The notes beneath the pieces are model-generated. The model was not told where the DNA came from. It worked only from the letters and a program-made list of their open reading frames with translations, and made no database searches. DNA of 64,000 nucleotides from Octopus vulgaris (taxonomy: Eukaryota), in assembly GCA_951406725.2 (NCBI GenBank), contig OX597828.1, positions 62,682,001 to 62,746,000 on the forward strand. Direction: 5' to 3'. A program made the translations under genes and the position numbers. This document shows, piece by piece, positions 38,355 through 51,045 of the stretch. Numbering within the stretch: the first letter of the stretch is position 1; each line of letters starts with the position of its first letter.

Positions 38355-40731
38355 CTTTTATGCTTGGCAGAATTCTTCAGTTCTTCTCCTTGTTCCAACA
38401 GAATTTTCCTGATTGTTCCTTGGTTTAAACACAGATCAACATGTTCATTAAAAGTAGACATGTCAGTAATTAGTATGTCTTTGTTACAAATGGGACATTG
38501 GTGTACCAATTCCGTTGTCTGACCGTTGTCCCTCTCGGTAGGGAACTCCTTGTCTTGAGGAAGTTTTGAGGTTGTCTTAGCTGGTGAGTGAAACTGTGTG
38601 TCTATACTGACGCAACCAGTTGACCCCTGAAACTGAGGTGGACAGCTAGAAGCAACCTCATTGTTTGGACTATCTCCATGGTTACAACTAGTTTCCACAT
38701 TAATCATAGATTCACTAGTTTTAATAGAATTTTCAGTGGAATGGGGAAAAAGTTTCATTGAATGTGAGTGAAAAATTGAACAATCTGTTTGACCAGTATT
38801 AGCTGACCCATGAGATTGACCACCGGTCACACTGTCTAACTGACCACTATTAAATATTTTTTGTAATTGTTCAGTGACATTGCTGCTTCCTCCCTGGTCA
38901 CAGTCAGCCCTAGTCTCTACTTTGTTACTGTCCTGATTGATTTCTTGACCAGTCTGAACCTCTGTCTCTAGTTTAACACTGACCAGACTCCTTCTCCGAC
39001 CACTTTTAATTTTTTGTATTTTCTTAGTGACCAAGCTGATTTCCTGACCTGAGTCGACCTCTTTCTGTAGTTTATCACTGGCCAAATTAATTCTCTGACC
39101 AGAGTCAACCTCTTTCTGTAGCTTGCCACTGGCCAGACTACTTACTTGACCAGTTTCAACTATCTGCTGTACTTTCTCAACAACCAAACTAATATCTTGA
39201 CCAGTCTCAACCTCCTGCTGTAGTTTATCACAGTCCAAACTATTTATCTGACCAGAGTCAACCTCTTGCTGTAGTTTATCAGTGACCGAACTGATGTCTT
39301 TCCCAGAGTCAACCTGTTTCTGTAATTTGTCACTGACCACACTATGTCCCAGACTAGTCTTGGCTACTGTCTGTTGCTGGTCAGTGATATCTTCATTATT
39401 CAACAGACCACCAGCATCAACTTCTTGTTCTGAGCTAATAGTTTCATCCAATATCGATCCGTCTGTCTTCTCAACAACAACTCTTTCTGTAGATTCTGAC
39501 CATTTCAAAGACTCATTGAAACCCAAACACTGGTTTACTTCTTCTGCTTCTTCTTCTTCTTCTCTTTTATTTACATTAGATTTAGAAAAATATTTCAATA
39601 AATTGCAGTTCTTTAAGGTTTTCTTTAAAAATTTATTGTCTTGTATATTTTTAAACTTGGTTTGAATATTGGTACCAAATGGTTTCAGGCCAGTAGAATT
39701 AGCAATGTCTGCCGAAGAACAATCAGTACCCTTTTCTGTGTTATCACAATCAGACTGTTTCCTTGAATTCTTACTGTGTGGGTCTGTAACAGATTCAGGA
39801 CAACTCTTAACAAGATCAATTCTGTCTACTTTTGAAGGTTCCTCTTTTGTTCTATGAAGTCTTGTAAGAATTTGTTCCATGTCTGCATCATTTAATTCTG
39901 AAACTTTAGAAACATCTGCAGTTGCAGTTGAGCACTCAGGGGAAGGGTTTTCACAGCCACTTACTAATAATTCTTCAGAATTACCGAGTTTACTTACAGA
40001 TGGTGAAAGACTTTTATTTTCATGGAGACAGCTTTCTTCCTCGACCTCAGCAGCAACACCATCAGAAGACAGATGGTGCTTAAGTGTTCCAGAATCAACA
40101 CAACTCTCTAATATTACACCATTGCTGTCTTTTTGCTCAGTTTCTGAAGAATTCTCTTTTGTACAAGTTTTTTTACAGTCCTTTCTTCGTTTCAGAATAT
40201 TTTCAGTTTCAGAAAGGTTTTCGCTTTTACACTCAGATTTTTCAAGACAAGAATCTGTTGGAATTCCATTTCTGACTAAAGTTTCCTCAAATACAGTCTT
40301 CAAATTTTTCTGGGTCATTTTGTTTTTTTTCTTAGTTTTTCTTGAAGTTTTGATGGTAGAGAATTCTAAAAAATCTTCAAAATCTGCATTGGTCACCAAT
40401 GGGGAAGCCCTCTTTGTTTTGCGATCATTTCCCCCAGATTGCTGCAACAAGCACTTATCAATATGAGCATTAAACAACCTCAGATCCTTCGGACATTTTC
40501 TATCACAAATTGGACAATAATGACCAGGACTTTCAGAAATCCCCTTCTCCAGATAGTCACTAGAACTCTCGGCCTGTCCACACTCATTTGGTACCGTTTC
40601 ATTTTGGCATTTTTTCTCATGTTCAGTAAGTAAGTTCGTATCACTCGGAGAGGGGTCTTTCTTCATGAAATATTCTATACTATCCTTTTTTGGAAACTGA
40701 GAGGATAAAATAAGATTGGACATCCGGACAC
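38355..40731 (-). CDS. POLK: DNA polymerase kappa, coding exon 10 (2377 bp): end of PAD, two UBZ4 fingers, 17-aa tandem repeat
   Basis: Continues LRLMG|VRMS; contains CPICDRKCPKDLRLFNAHIDKCL and CPICNKDILITDMSTFNEHVDLCL; AG/GT boundaries in phase. Confidence 0.92.
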
Positions 40732-41310
40732 CTAGAAATAAAGAATGATATTCATGTTGCCATAGCTACAAGGAGAATATGATAAAATATCAACAACAGT
40801 TCGTTTGTCCATTTTTACATCTGTTTTTCCATGCTAGAATAGTTAGACATGTTTTACTGAGGCGTTGTCTTACAACCAGAGAACTTTCCTAACACTAAAT
40901 GTTACCTGTTTCTTTCAAGCAGAGCTTATTCCAACCATCTTTGAAAGTGCAAAATTAGCAGATGATATCTTAACAGGAAAACGACAAGAAACTTTGCTAT
41001 TTGTAGCTAAGTGCTTTTTCATACAAAGCACGCAAGATGAATATAGTGAAGAGACAGTGTTAAAGGATAATGAGTAGGGAAGATAAAGAAGAAAAAAGGG
41101 TAACTAAAAAAAATAGAAAGTCATGTCCCTTGGGTACTAACCTTAATATCATGGACCCTTTAGCCCTTATTATAATTAACATGAACAGAGATTAAACAGG
41201 ATATTTATACATGCATTGGTGTTTCAGTTGAGGAAAAGCAGGCTACTGGTCCCTACTTACTTAGTCTTTGATGTCTTAAATGGTGCTAAATTCAAAGAAA
41301 TATTTCTTAC

Positions 41311-41482
41311 CCATTAACCGAAGCCTGAAAGGTTTTGGCATTGAATTTTGAATTTCTGATTGAAGAAGATTCCTGGCGACATTATAGATCTGAACCTCGT
41401 CACATGTGTGGCGAGTGAGCGTCTGGGACTTGGTTTTCACTTCGAAATCTACTGTCTTTATTTTCAATGAGACAGTCCGACC
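41311..41482 (-). CDS. POLK: DNA polymerase kappa, coding exon 9 (little finger/PAD)
   Basis: GRTVSLKIKTVDFEVKTKSQT...FRLRLMG; canonical splice sites. Confidence 0.93.
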
Positions 41483-42022
41483 CTAAAAACAGAACAAGAG
41501 ATGGCACTGGTAAAAACCATCATCATCACCATTTTAATGTTCCCACTTGAAGCAGATTTTCTACAGCTGGATGCCCTTCTTGTGCCAACCCTCACCTGTT
41601 ACCAAGAAAGGTAATATATTCCCATGGCAGGAATATTCTCACGGAATATTCGAAATGAATGACACCGCTTGTATGACAGTGACACTTATTTACAACACAA
41701 GGAGACCACACACACACACACAGGCACAGTCTCACATACACACCCATTGGGTTGAGGGACTTTTTCCCCTTTTCCTTTCTTTTATTTGTCAGGCAATTTA
41801 CTTGGTGACCTCACTTGTGTTGGTGCTACGAAAAAAGCATCCAGTACACTGTGTAAATTGGTTAGAATCAGGAAGGACATCCAGCCATAGAAGCCACGAC
41901 AAAGCTGTCATTGGCTCTTAACAATTGTAACTATTTAAATTCCTGGAATATTTCAAAGAAACTATGCTTAAAACAGATATGATAATTCTTTAAATGCAAT
42001 CCAATTCCAATGAATTCCTTAC

Positions 42023-42119
42023 CATGAAATTCTCTTCCTGGAGGTCAGAAGCCAATATCTTACTTAGTTCCAGGCATTTGTCATAGAGTTGGGCCGGATC
42101 ACTGAGTTCAAAAAATGTC
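42023..42119 (-). CDS. POLK: DNA polymerase kappa, coding exon 8
   Basis: TFFELSDPAQLYDKCLELSKILASDLQEENFM; CAG/GTAAGG boundaries in phase. Confidence 0.9.
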
Positions 42120-43083
42120 CTGTAAAACAGATTTTTACTATTTTAGCACAAGTTCCACACCATCAGATTTAGAAATATTTTAAAAGATGTAAAAAAATGT
42201 TTTAAAATAACAAATTAAAGTTTTTTTGTAAAGAAATATTGAAATAATTTTTTAGATGTTCGTGTTACTGTTTGATAGTCGTTTTTTTAATACTTGTAAT
42301 TTAAATTCTTTCTTTTTTGACTAATTTTTGCGAGAGATGCTCTACCGACCATTAAACTATACGATTCCGTGGAGAATCGATAAGTTTCAAGGGACGTAAA
42401 TGAGAAAGATCCATCTGTTTAACCAGTATTAGCTCCCCTATGTAGCCCTATCTAGCTACGCTGATACCTTTCCTTGATCATACAGCTGCCCCCACCTCTA
42501 CAGCCCACTCTTGACTCCAGGCAAACTGAGAGAGAGGTGTGTGTTAATATGTCTTGATATGGCAATCGATTGGTATTTAGTTACATTCCTTTGGTTTCGA
42601 GTTTGTATCTTGCAGTGGTTTAGCTCTGCTCTACCTCCTTCCAGGAAGTAAATAAAAGAGGTACCAGAGCCAACAAAATCAAACAAATAAGTACCAAGAG
42701 AGCATGGATTCTCTGGCCCCTTCTTTTGTACTGTAACCCCTCGTCTTTAAGCATCAGGTCACCTTCCTCTCTTTCTCATAATCCCAAAGGGATGGGGTTC
42801 TTACCCTTGCAAGCTGCATGGTCACCTGACTAGCGCTGGTGCCAGGAAAAAATGCACCCAGCACATGCTATAAAGGGGTTGGTGTTAAGAAGGGCATCTG
42901 ACCCTAGAGACAGTCCTCCAACAGTCCATCAGATTCTGTCAAACAATGCCAGCATGAAAGACAGAGACCAAATGATGATGATGATGATGAGCTACATTCA
43001 TGTATATTTCGTCTTGCTGTGAAATTACGACCCCAGTATCTATGGTTTTGGGTTTGTTGAATGTTCAAAAATATAAAACTTAC

Positions 43084-43116
43084 TGTTCAGTACTCAAGCT
43101 TTTTCTATCACCATCA
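43084..43116 (-). CDS. POLK: DNA polymerase kappa, coding exon 7 (33-bp microexon)
   Basis: DGDRKSLSTE(Q); poly-T CAG acceptor and GTAAGT donor; preserves frame. Confidence 0.88.
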
Positions 43117-43203
43117 CTGAAAAAAAAAACAAGAAATATTTTTAAAAAATAGTTTTTCTTAAAAAAAAAAGATTTCACTTTGTTAAAACCGTTTTATATT
43201 TAA

Positions 43204-43434
43204 CCCTTTTGACAGCAAAACTGTTCCTCATGCTCTCCACCTGCACTCGTTCTATGGTATCAGCTTCTTGCTTTAAAATGATCTAAATTTAAATCTTCCC
43301 TCAAAATTCCAGCTATGTTCCAAACACCAGTTTAATAATGACAAAGTTATTAATAAAGAAATTCTTCATTATTTTCAAAATGAACTGAAACAAAAGCAGC
43401 AATTAATTCCAACAAAAATATGCTAAATAAAAGG
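43204..43434. mobile_element. TTAA-flanked MITE, second family (related copies near 7895-8105, 11390-11692 and 43590-43826)
   Basis: TTAA|CCCTTTT ... AAAAGG|TTAA termini; internal sequence shared among copies. Confidence 0.65.
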
Positions 43435-44624
43435 TTAATGTTCTTTCTAGTTGTTCTTGTTTAACCCCAAATCAGCCCTTTATTACATAAATTTTGATCA
43501 AAGGTATTTCAGCCCCAAACGCCCCTTTTTTTTTTTATCAGGCAGGGTCCAACCACAAAAAACAATATCCCATGCAACCTTCCCATTTTAACCATTTTCC
43601 TTATCATATTCCTGTTGAAATCCATTGCCTTTGTTTCAAATCATTTCAATCGTGTTAAAGAGTTTATCAAAATAATTCTCTTATTAAACTGGTGTCTGAA
43701 ATATAAAGAAACATGGAATCTTGATGGAAAGTTTTAATTCAGATCACTTTAAAACAGGACGTTTGTATAAGAGAACTCAAGTGTTGGGGGGGGGGGGGGG
43801 CTCAGGTGGGTGGCTATCAAAAGGGTCAAAGCAGTGAGATTTGAAAGGGGTTTGGCTGCTATTGCAAGCAGGTCAAGAGATCACAGCCTTAGATGGATGA
43901 AGTGACCCCCAAAGAGACCTCCTTAACCCTTTAGCATTCTGATTCCTCTGTCGAATGTAAAGCTTATTTATTCACAGTGTTTTGAATTAAGCATGCAGTA
44001 TCTAACAGCTTTGAGATTTTCATGATGTGATCGTTTGCTTTCAGAATTACATTGTAGGGTAGGTGTGAGAGGCTGGATCTGGTCAGGCCAGACATGGCTG
44101 GAGTAAATGCTAACTCGAGTCACAACAGAGTGGCTTCTTTGCTGGCTCAAGTGACCAAATGACAGATCCATTGGCTTTGAGAATTCCTCTTTTTGTATTG
44201 TTTGGCACAAATGGATTTGTCTATGTTTGAATATATTAGATAATCCAAAGGAATTGTTATCAACAGGTATTCAATTAAAATGAAATGTTCCAGATTTGAG
44301 AAAATGTGACAGTTAACCCACACACAAATGAAACAGACTGTTGATGTGAGGAATATATGGAATGTGTGTGTGTGTTTCTGTGAGACTTGAAATTCACTTT
44401 CCTATACCAGTATGACATGGGTTGCATAAAAAAGGAATTTAGCCCAGGTTTTACATTGTGTATATTTCCCCAACTAAATCATTCATCAAATCATTTACCA
44501 GATCTGATTCTCTCACATAAATTAAAGCAAAGAGATCTAAAAACTTCTGTTATTTTTGCTTCCAACTGAATTGTGCAAAATTCATCTTTAAAAAGAAAAA
44601 TGCAAGAAAAACTTCTTTACCAAC

Positions 44625-44791
44625 CTTTCGACATGAGTTGAACCAATGCCAAGAGCGACAGACATAAAGTGATTGAAAGAAATTTCAGAATACAAGAGAT
44701 AGAGTAAAGATCGTTGTTCGTACAACTGGGAACAGGTGACAATATCAATGGCCTGCAGCATTTTCTCTGTCACTTTGCCAATACCAGAGAC
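44625..44791 (-). CDS. POLK: DNA polymerase kappa, coding exon 6 (thumb, HhH)
   Basis: VSGIGKVTEKMLQAIDIVTCSQLYEQR...ALGIGST. Confidence 0.95.
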
Positions 44792-45484
44792 CTGAATAGA
44801 AACAAAAACACCACACAATAAAACAACTTTTAATTCGGATTTAAACAAGAGACAATGGCTAGAATTTAAACCAGATCTAGAAACAAGGGGTCAAACTCGT
44901 TTGGCAATGCAGTCAGGATTGAAGGATGATATAGAGCTTGTAGGTTGGACAAGAGCAATTATTTAAAAAAAAAGGTTCTTCATAATGTATGCCAGAATAA
45001 ATGGATAATGTAACCAATATACATTATAACAAGTTTATTAAGAATAAAGAAAGTAAAGATTATGAAGTGTCAGCAAAGTTTGTATACAGAGATGTGTGAG
45101 TAAAACTCATTCACTTGGTGTGTGTGTATATATTTCATGTACACATGTATATATATGTACATGATGTTGAGTTTAGTTGAGTTCAAACTCTGAATAAGTC
45201 AGCAATATTTTACCAAATAATCTAAAATTAAGAACTAATTATAAATTTTTTAGATATATAACTAAACATTGCCATGATCCAGACCAGGTTCACAGGCTGT
45301 GTTTGACAGCCCTGTCCTAGAATATAATACTGTAGGATATCTATTTCCATCAATCAGCTGCATGGTTCATCTGGGCCAAGTGACAGCATACCTTTAGCTA
45401 ACCCACTGACAGAGTTCTTATAATATATTTCATTAGTTTTTACATCCAATTTTCCATGCAGGCATGGGTTAGATGAATACATCT

Positions 45485-45715
45485 TATTTCTTTATTGCCC
45501 ACAAGGGGCTAAACATAGAGGGGACAAACAAGGACAGACAAACGAATTGAGTCAATTACATCAACTCCAATGTGTAACTGGTACTTAATTTATCAACCCC
45601 AAAAGGATGAAAGCAAAGTCGACCTTGGCGGAATTTGAACTCAGAACGTAACGGCAGACGAAATACGGCTACGCATTTCGCTCGGCGTGCTAACGTTTCT
45701 GCCAGCTTGCCTCCT
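45485..45715 (-). mobile_element. tRNA-derived SINE, family C, full length
   Basis: Minus strand GGCAAGCTGGCAGAAACGTTAGCACGCCG...GAGTTCAAATTCCGCC...TTTCATCCTTTTGGGGTTGATAAATTAAGTACCAG; many relatives (19750-19960, 29160-29660, 30370-30590, 52075-52230, 61905-62050). Confidence 0.85.
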
Positions 45716-46075
45716 TTAGATGAGTACATCTTGCTGAAGTAGTTTTGCAGCTGGATGTCTTTCCTACCATGAACCTTTATCTGTTCTTTGAAGCAAGAAC
45801 ATTTTTCACATGGCATGTCTTTGAAAGGGCACAGCTACAGGACAAAGTGTGGACAGGGAAATGGCACTGCAAGACACATTAAAGCATAATAAAAGGAAGG
45901 AAAAAACAAAAACAAAGAGAGATTAGAAGAGAAGGAAGAGATAAGGAAATGAGAGAGAAAGAGATACAAGGGGAGAGAGAGAGAGAGAAAGAGAGAGAGA
46001 TTGGAGGACGTAGTAGAAGATAAGACTTGCATTCTGTGATGATGATAAAAATGTTGAAGAGATAAAGTTACTCAC

Positions 46076-46200
46076 TTTTCTTATAGGAAGGTCAGTGACG
46101 AAATCTTTTATAACATGTGTAATGTGAGGGAGACTGAACTGACCATTGGGCTTGTTTCTATCTGAACAAATTTTGGCCAGTAAAGTGTTGGCAGCAATTC
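46076..46200 (-). CDS. POLK: DNA polymerase kappa, coding exon 5
   Basis: GIAANTLLAKICSDRNKPNGQF...LPIRK, a Y-family motif. Confidence 0.95.
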
Positions 46201-47418
46201 CTGAAAAAACAATAACAAAAAAGCCATAAATATTTATATATCATCATTTTATGTCTGCTTTCCTGGTGGCATGTATTAGACAAGTCATCATGGTCTACGT
46301 CATTTGTTTTATTATACACCCAGGTGTGGTGTAGGCATAGGTGTGGCTGAGTGGGTAAAGAGTTTGCTTCCCAACCACCTGGTTTCAGGTTTGATCTCAG
46401 TGTGTGGCACTTTGGGCAGGGTGGCCCAGAGCTCTAGTATCTTCTACTACAGCTCTGGGCCAACCAAATTCTTGTGAGTGGATTTGATAGATGGAAACTG
46501 AAAGAAACCCACCATATGTGTGTGTGTGTATGTGTGTGTGCGTGTGTAGTGTGTGTGTGTGTGTAGTGTGTGTGTGTGCGTGTGTGTGTATTTATTATAC
46601 AAGTGGTGTGATTCATTTTCAATCTCCCACAAAAACTTGTCTGGCCACGAGGAAATATTACCTTTCTTGGAAAGGTAAGTGTTGGTGACAGGAACAGCAT
46701 CCAGATGTATAAAATCTGCCTCAATGAATTCCATCTGACCCATTAAGACAATCATGATGATGATGACAGCAATGATAATGATGGTGGTGGTTACTGCTCT
46801 GCTTGATGAGACAGGGACCATATCTGACCACTATTTTCCATGTTTTGGCATAGTTTCTGCAGCCGGATCCCTACCACTAAAGAGTTCCCTCTACTCTACA
46901 TTGTCTAGGATGCATTTTATCATGGCACCAGCACTAGAAGAGCTGTCTTGTCCCCAGCAAAATTAAAGGCAAATGTTAGGCCAAACCAACTTTCCTGTAA
47001 AGACTGTGGGTACAACCACTTTCTCTAAACCACAAAAAAAATAAAAACAGGCACATCACTGAAAACTAGGTCTTTGGATTCATTTATGCCATATTTAGGC
47101 AATAATGTTACTCAATTCCCATCTACATCTTCTTTCAATGACAGTCACATCTTGTGAGGTAAGATTTATATTTTGTAAAAATAAACAGGCCATCCAGCAG
47201 CAGCAGAAACCCTAAAATCTTTGCCTCAATTCTTTCCTTCCTACCAATTCTTGCCTGCCTAAACCCTGGGCAAAAACAGGAATTAAACAAAATGATGGCA
47301 CGAACAGATTATCACATTTTCTTGTTTTTGATACCAGGTTTAAGAAGACTGGCTAAAACGAAAAAGAAAATCAAATAAAAACCATTTTTAAAAAATGTGG
47401 ATCCATTAGTTTACTTAC

Positions 47419-48007
47419 CAGCACTAGCAGTCAACTGAGTTCTTTGTTCAATTTTACGTCGGATTTCTCTGACAGCCTCTTCTGCAGACACACCAAATAC
47501 TTCTTCTCTGTAATTAGGCACCTCTCGTTTACACAAAGGACACATTTTAACATCTAGTCCCTTAACTAATGAAGGGTCTTCTATTAGTAGTAAATTACTT
47601 CTGTCTTGTTCTTGGAAGCAGAGCTGATCAGCACTTGGTGTTTCCTTATCTTGAACAAAGCTCAGATTTTCATGTTCTGTTGATTCACAATCAGACTTAT
47701 TTGGATCACAAGAGCAATAACGTGGATCTAATCGGTCACAAGTACGGCATATAACAGTTCGTTTCTCTTTAGGAAGTGTCTTACGAAGATTCAAATGTTC
47801 TGTGATGTCTAAGTAAGCCTCATCGAAGCTGACTGGACAAAAATGTTTGTCGTATTTAACAAGGACGTCTTTGACTTCTTTACTGACAGCTGCGTACTGA
47901 GCAAAGTTCGAAGGAACTATCACCAACTGAGGGCACAACTTCTTAGCAATGAAACCTGGCATTGCAGCTCGCACTCCAAAACGACGAGCAATATAATTAG
48001 AAGTTGA
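47419..48007 (-). CDS. POLK: DNA polymerase kappa, coding exon 4 (fingers/palm; SFDEAYLD catalytic motif)
   Basis: STSNYIARRFGVRAAMPGFIAKKLCPQL...SFDEAYLDIT...TQLTASAG. Confidence 0.97.
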
Positions 48008-48473
48008 CTTGAGTATGGAAATACAAAAAAGAAAAGAAATTTACATAGAAAATAAATGTATTTCCTGACAAGAAAGAACAAAAAAAAAAAAGAAAGAAAT
48101 ATCTTGTAATCATTAATCCTGTTCAAACCCAGTCTTAAAAATAAAAGGAAGGATATATTGGACAAAGGACACAACATGCTACTCAGACAAGGAATTGAAC
48201 CTGCAACTGAATGATTGTAAGCCCAACACCTTAACCACAGGGCCATGTGCCTGCAAATAGAATAATATAGTTCAAGATAAACAAGACTGGAATGTCTTTG
48301 ATCATTATGTTTGTTTGATTAGACCCTACTTGGAATTAAACAATCACAACTAAATTATTTTTAATCTAATGATTAAATATATTTCTCTCATTCCTAAAAC
48401 TTTGGTCCAATAGACGACTCCTATATCTACCTTACACAATTTCTACACAAATATTTTATAGATCTAAACTCAC

Positions 48474-48626
48474 AAGCATGTAATTACTTCCAACAGCCAT
48501 GGGTTTGTCCAGGAGAGAAGGATTGTCTCTCGTTTCAACTGCTGCAAAGAAAGCATCCATGTCAATATGTACAATGGTTCGGCTCAGGTCCCTTTTCTCT
48601 TCTAGTCTCTTCAGAAGAGCATCAGC
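48474..48626 (-). CDS. POLK: DNA polymerase kappa, coding exon 3 ([12 protein letters not shown] catalytic motif)
   Basis: [35 protein letters not shown]. Confidence 0.97.
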
Positions 48627-48879
48627 CTGAAAGAGAATGGTCAGCTTACAGATTTTCATTTCTGTAGAAATCCAGCATAGATTTGACATTAATACTTCAA
48701 CTGCTAATTTGTACCATACAACCAGTCTCAGATCAAATTCTTCCCTGATTAAATCAATATTTTTTTTCCACATTGATAAAATCACAAACTAAAAACCATT
48801 TAAATTCTATATTAAAATTTTCTCATGAATCATTTTTTACATTTGTTTTTCTATGCTTGCAGGAGTTGGACAAATCTGA

Positions 48880-49290
48880 ATGAACACATCACATTTCCCC
48901 ATATGTTATGGTGAGACTAAACAGCCAAAGATCAGCTTTTACCATTTCAGCTCATGTCTTCCTTGGCTTTCCTCTCCCACAATTTTCATCCCATTCAAAC
49001 TCCTGACACTTCTTCATCCATCTGCCATCATCCATGACCAAACACAGCCGTCCCTCTTTTGCTCTACAATTCATTCTTCTTAACACCCAATCTATCTGCC
49101 ATGTTTATTTCCTGCCTCATCGTTTATACACATTAACACATCCAACAGATCCTGCTCACACCTTGCTCTCCTTTCCAAACTTTATGTGTCCTCTGCATTC
49201 AGTGCCCAATGGTTCTCTATTATACAGCATTGCAGTTTGTACACATGTTGCATTGCACAATTTACCAACATACACGAATTCACTGCTGCA
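48880..49290 (-). mobile_element. Degenerate 3' end of an RTE-like LINE
   Basis: Minus-strand translation MDDGRWMKKCQEFEWDENCGRGKPRKT*AEMVKADL resembles the RTE C-terminal RGRPRKTW motif. Confidence 0.6.
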
Positions 49291-49550
49291 TTAAATATGT
49301 TAGCACTAAAACCACATACAATCGTGTGTTAATGATATCATATGATATATCAATTTATATATACCACATGTAGTGATATATTAAATATATCAACACAGAA
49401 ACCACAGACATAGGCAGGTAAATTAAATATATCAGTATAACTAAAACCACATATAGAAAGCCATATCAAATCTGTCAATATACAGCCATAGGTACATTTT
49501 TACCTCGCTCATCCACTACAACCACTAAAATATTAATAAAAATGACACAC

Positions 49551-49669
49551 CTCTTTTTCAGCCTTGTTCATCTCTTTTGCAGTGAAGTGGGCAATTTTCT
49601 GTCGTTGTTCAGCAATCTTTATATCAACCTGTTTGTCTTTCTTTTTCTCATTTTCAAAATATTTTGAAC
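49551..49669 (-). CDS. POLK: DNA polymerase kappa, coding exon 2 (N-clasp)
   Basis: GSKYFENEKKKDKQVDIKIAEQRQKIAHFTAKEMNKAEKE; in phase. Confidence 0.93.
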
Positions 49670-50593
49670 CTGACAACAGAATACAAAATAATAGTTCTTA
49701 ATGCTGTTGTTTCGCCCTAAGATCAAAGGCACTCCAGCCATGACCATTCTGTGTATTGTAAGTATTATGTATCTAGGACTACACTATGTTATCCAAGGTA
49801 TTCTTAGACTTTTTTTTAAGTATGAGGCAAGGTGGCTGAGCTCCTTTTGAGCATTGGTCGTCATGGAGGCAAAGTGGCCAAGCTCCTTTTGAGTTTTGGG
49901 CCTCACGGAGGCAATGATCAAGACCGTTGGTATTATATTGTGCTTGAGAAGAAAACTCATCAAGCCAAGCGAAATTGCACTCATGACAGATACCGGTGTC
50001 ACGCAAATGGCACATAAAAGTACCCATTACACTCTCAGTGATTGGTGTTAGGAAGGGCATCCAGTCGTAGAAAACTGTGCCAAATCAGACTGGAGCCTGG
50101 TGCAGCCTTCCAGCATGCCAGCCCAGTCAAACCGTCCAACCTAATTGGAGACCTTGTTCACACCCTTGCAACACAGCTGACTCTGCTACAAGTACCCATG
50201 GAGCAAGTGGTAGTGTTAAGCTGGATGGAGGTTTAAGTTTATTTCTGAAAGAATCCAACAGTCAGGTGGTGGTGGTGGTGGTGGTGCAAAACTGGGGTTG
50301 GGTTAACTCAGTCATTCCAAGAACTGAGAATAGAAAGTGATGGACACCAATGGCACCACAGTATCAAGTCTGATGCTCTCACAATTCCATGAACCCACCA
50401 TCTTTTGATTGGGACTTGAATTTATTGAATCTGAAGAGATGAAAGACAAAGTGGAATACGGCAGGATTTGAACTCTGAACACAGACAACTGGGACAAATA
50501 TTGCAAATACTGCATCTGCAGGATGCTCAGATGACTCTCTCATTCGTCTCATCCTACAATTTTAATAAATAACATCATCCTCCATAAGTTTCA

Positions 50594-51045
50594 TCATCAT
50601 CATCATCATTTAGCGTCCGCTTTCCATGCTAGCACGGGTTGGACGGGTCAACTGGGGTCCGTGAAGCTGGAAGGCTCCGTCAGGCCCAGTCAGATCTGGC
50701 AGTGTTTCTATGGCTGGATGCCCTTCCTAACGCCAACCACTCCGCGAGTGTAGTGGGTGTTTTTTACGTGCCACCTGCACAGGTGCCGGACAGAGCTGGC
50801 AAACGGCCACGAACGGATGGTGCTTTTACGTGTCACCGGCACAGGGCCAGGCGATGCTGGCAACGGACACGAACGGATGGTGCTTTTACGTGCCACCGAC
50901 ACGGGACCAGACAGTGCTTTTACGTGTTACCGGCACGGGGGCCAGCCGAGGCTGGCAACGGACACGAACGGATGGTGCTTTTACGTGCCACCGACAAGGG
51001 GCCAGACAGAGCTGGCAAACGGCCACGAACGGACGGTGCTTTTTA
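50594..51045 (-). mobile_element. Family D element, young copy, with an internal ~60-bp GC-rich tandem repeat
   Basis: (CAT)n tail on the + strand, TGGATGCCCTTCCTAACGCCAACCAC, and four GCTGGCAA(A)CGG.CACGAACGGA.GGTGCTTTT units plus partial units. Confidence 0.8.

Noticed and set aside
39282-40633. + strand ORFs of 60-195 aa
   Set aside because: Antisense shadows of the large POLK exon.
50755-51045. Repeat-spacer-like array resembling CRISPR
   Set aside because: The intervening segments are related to each other, the array lies inside a retroelement, the DNA is eukaryotic and there are no cas genes.
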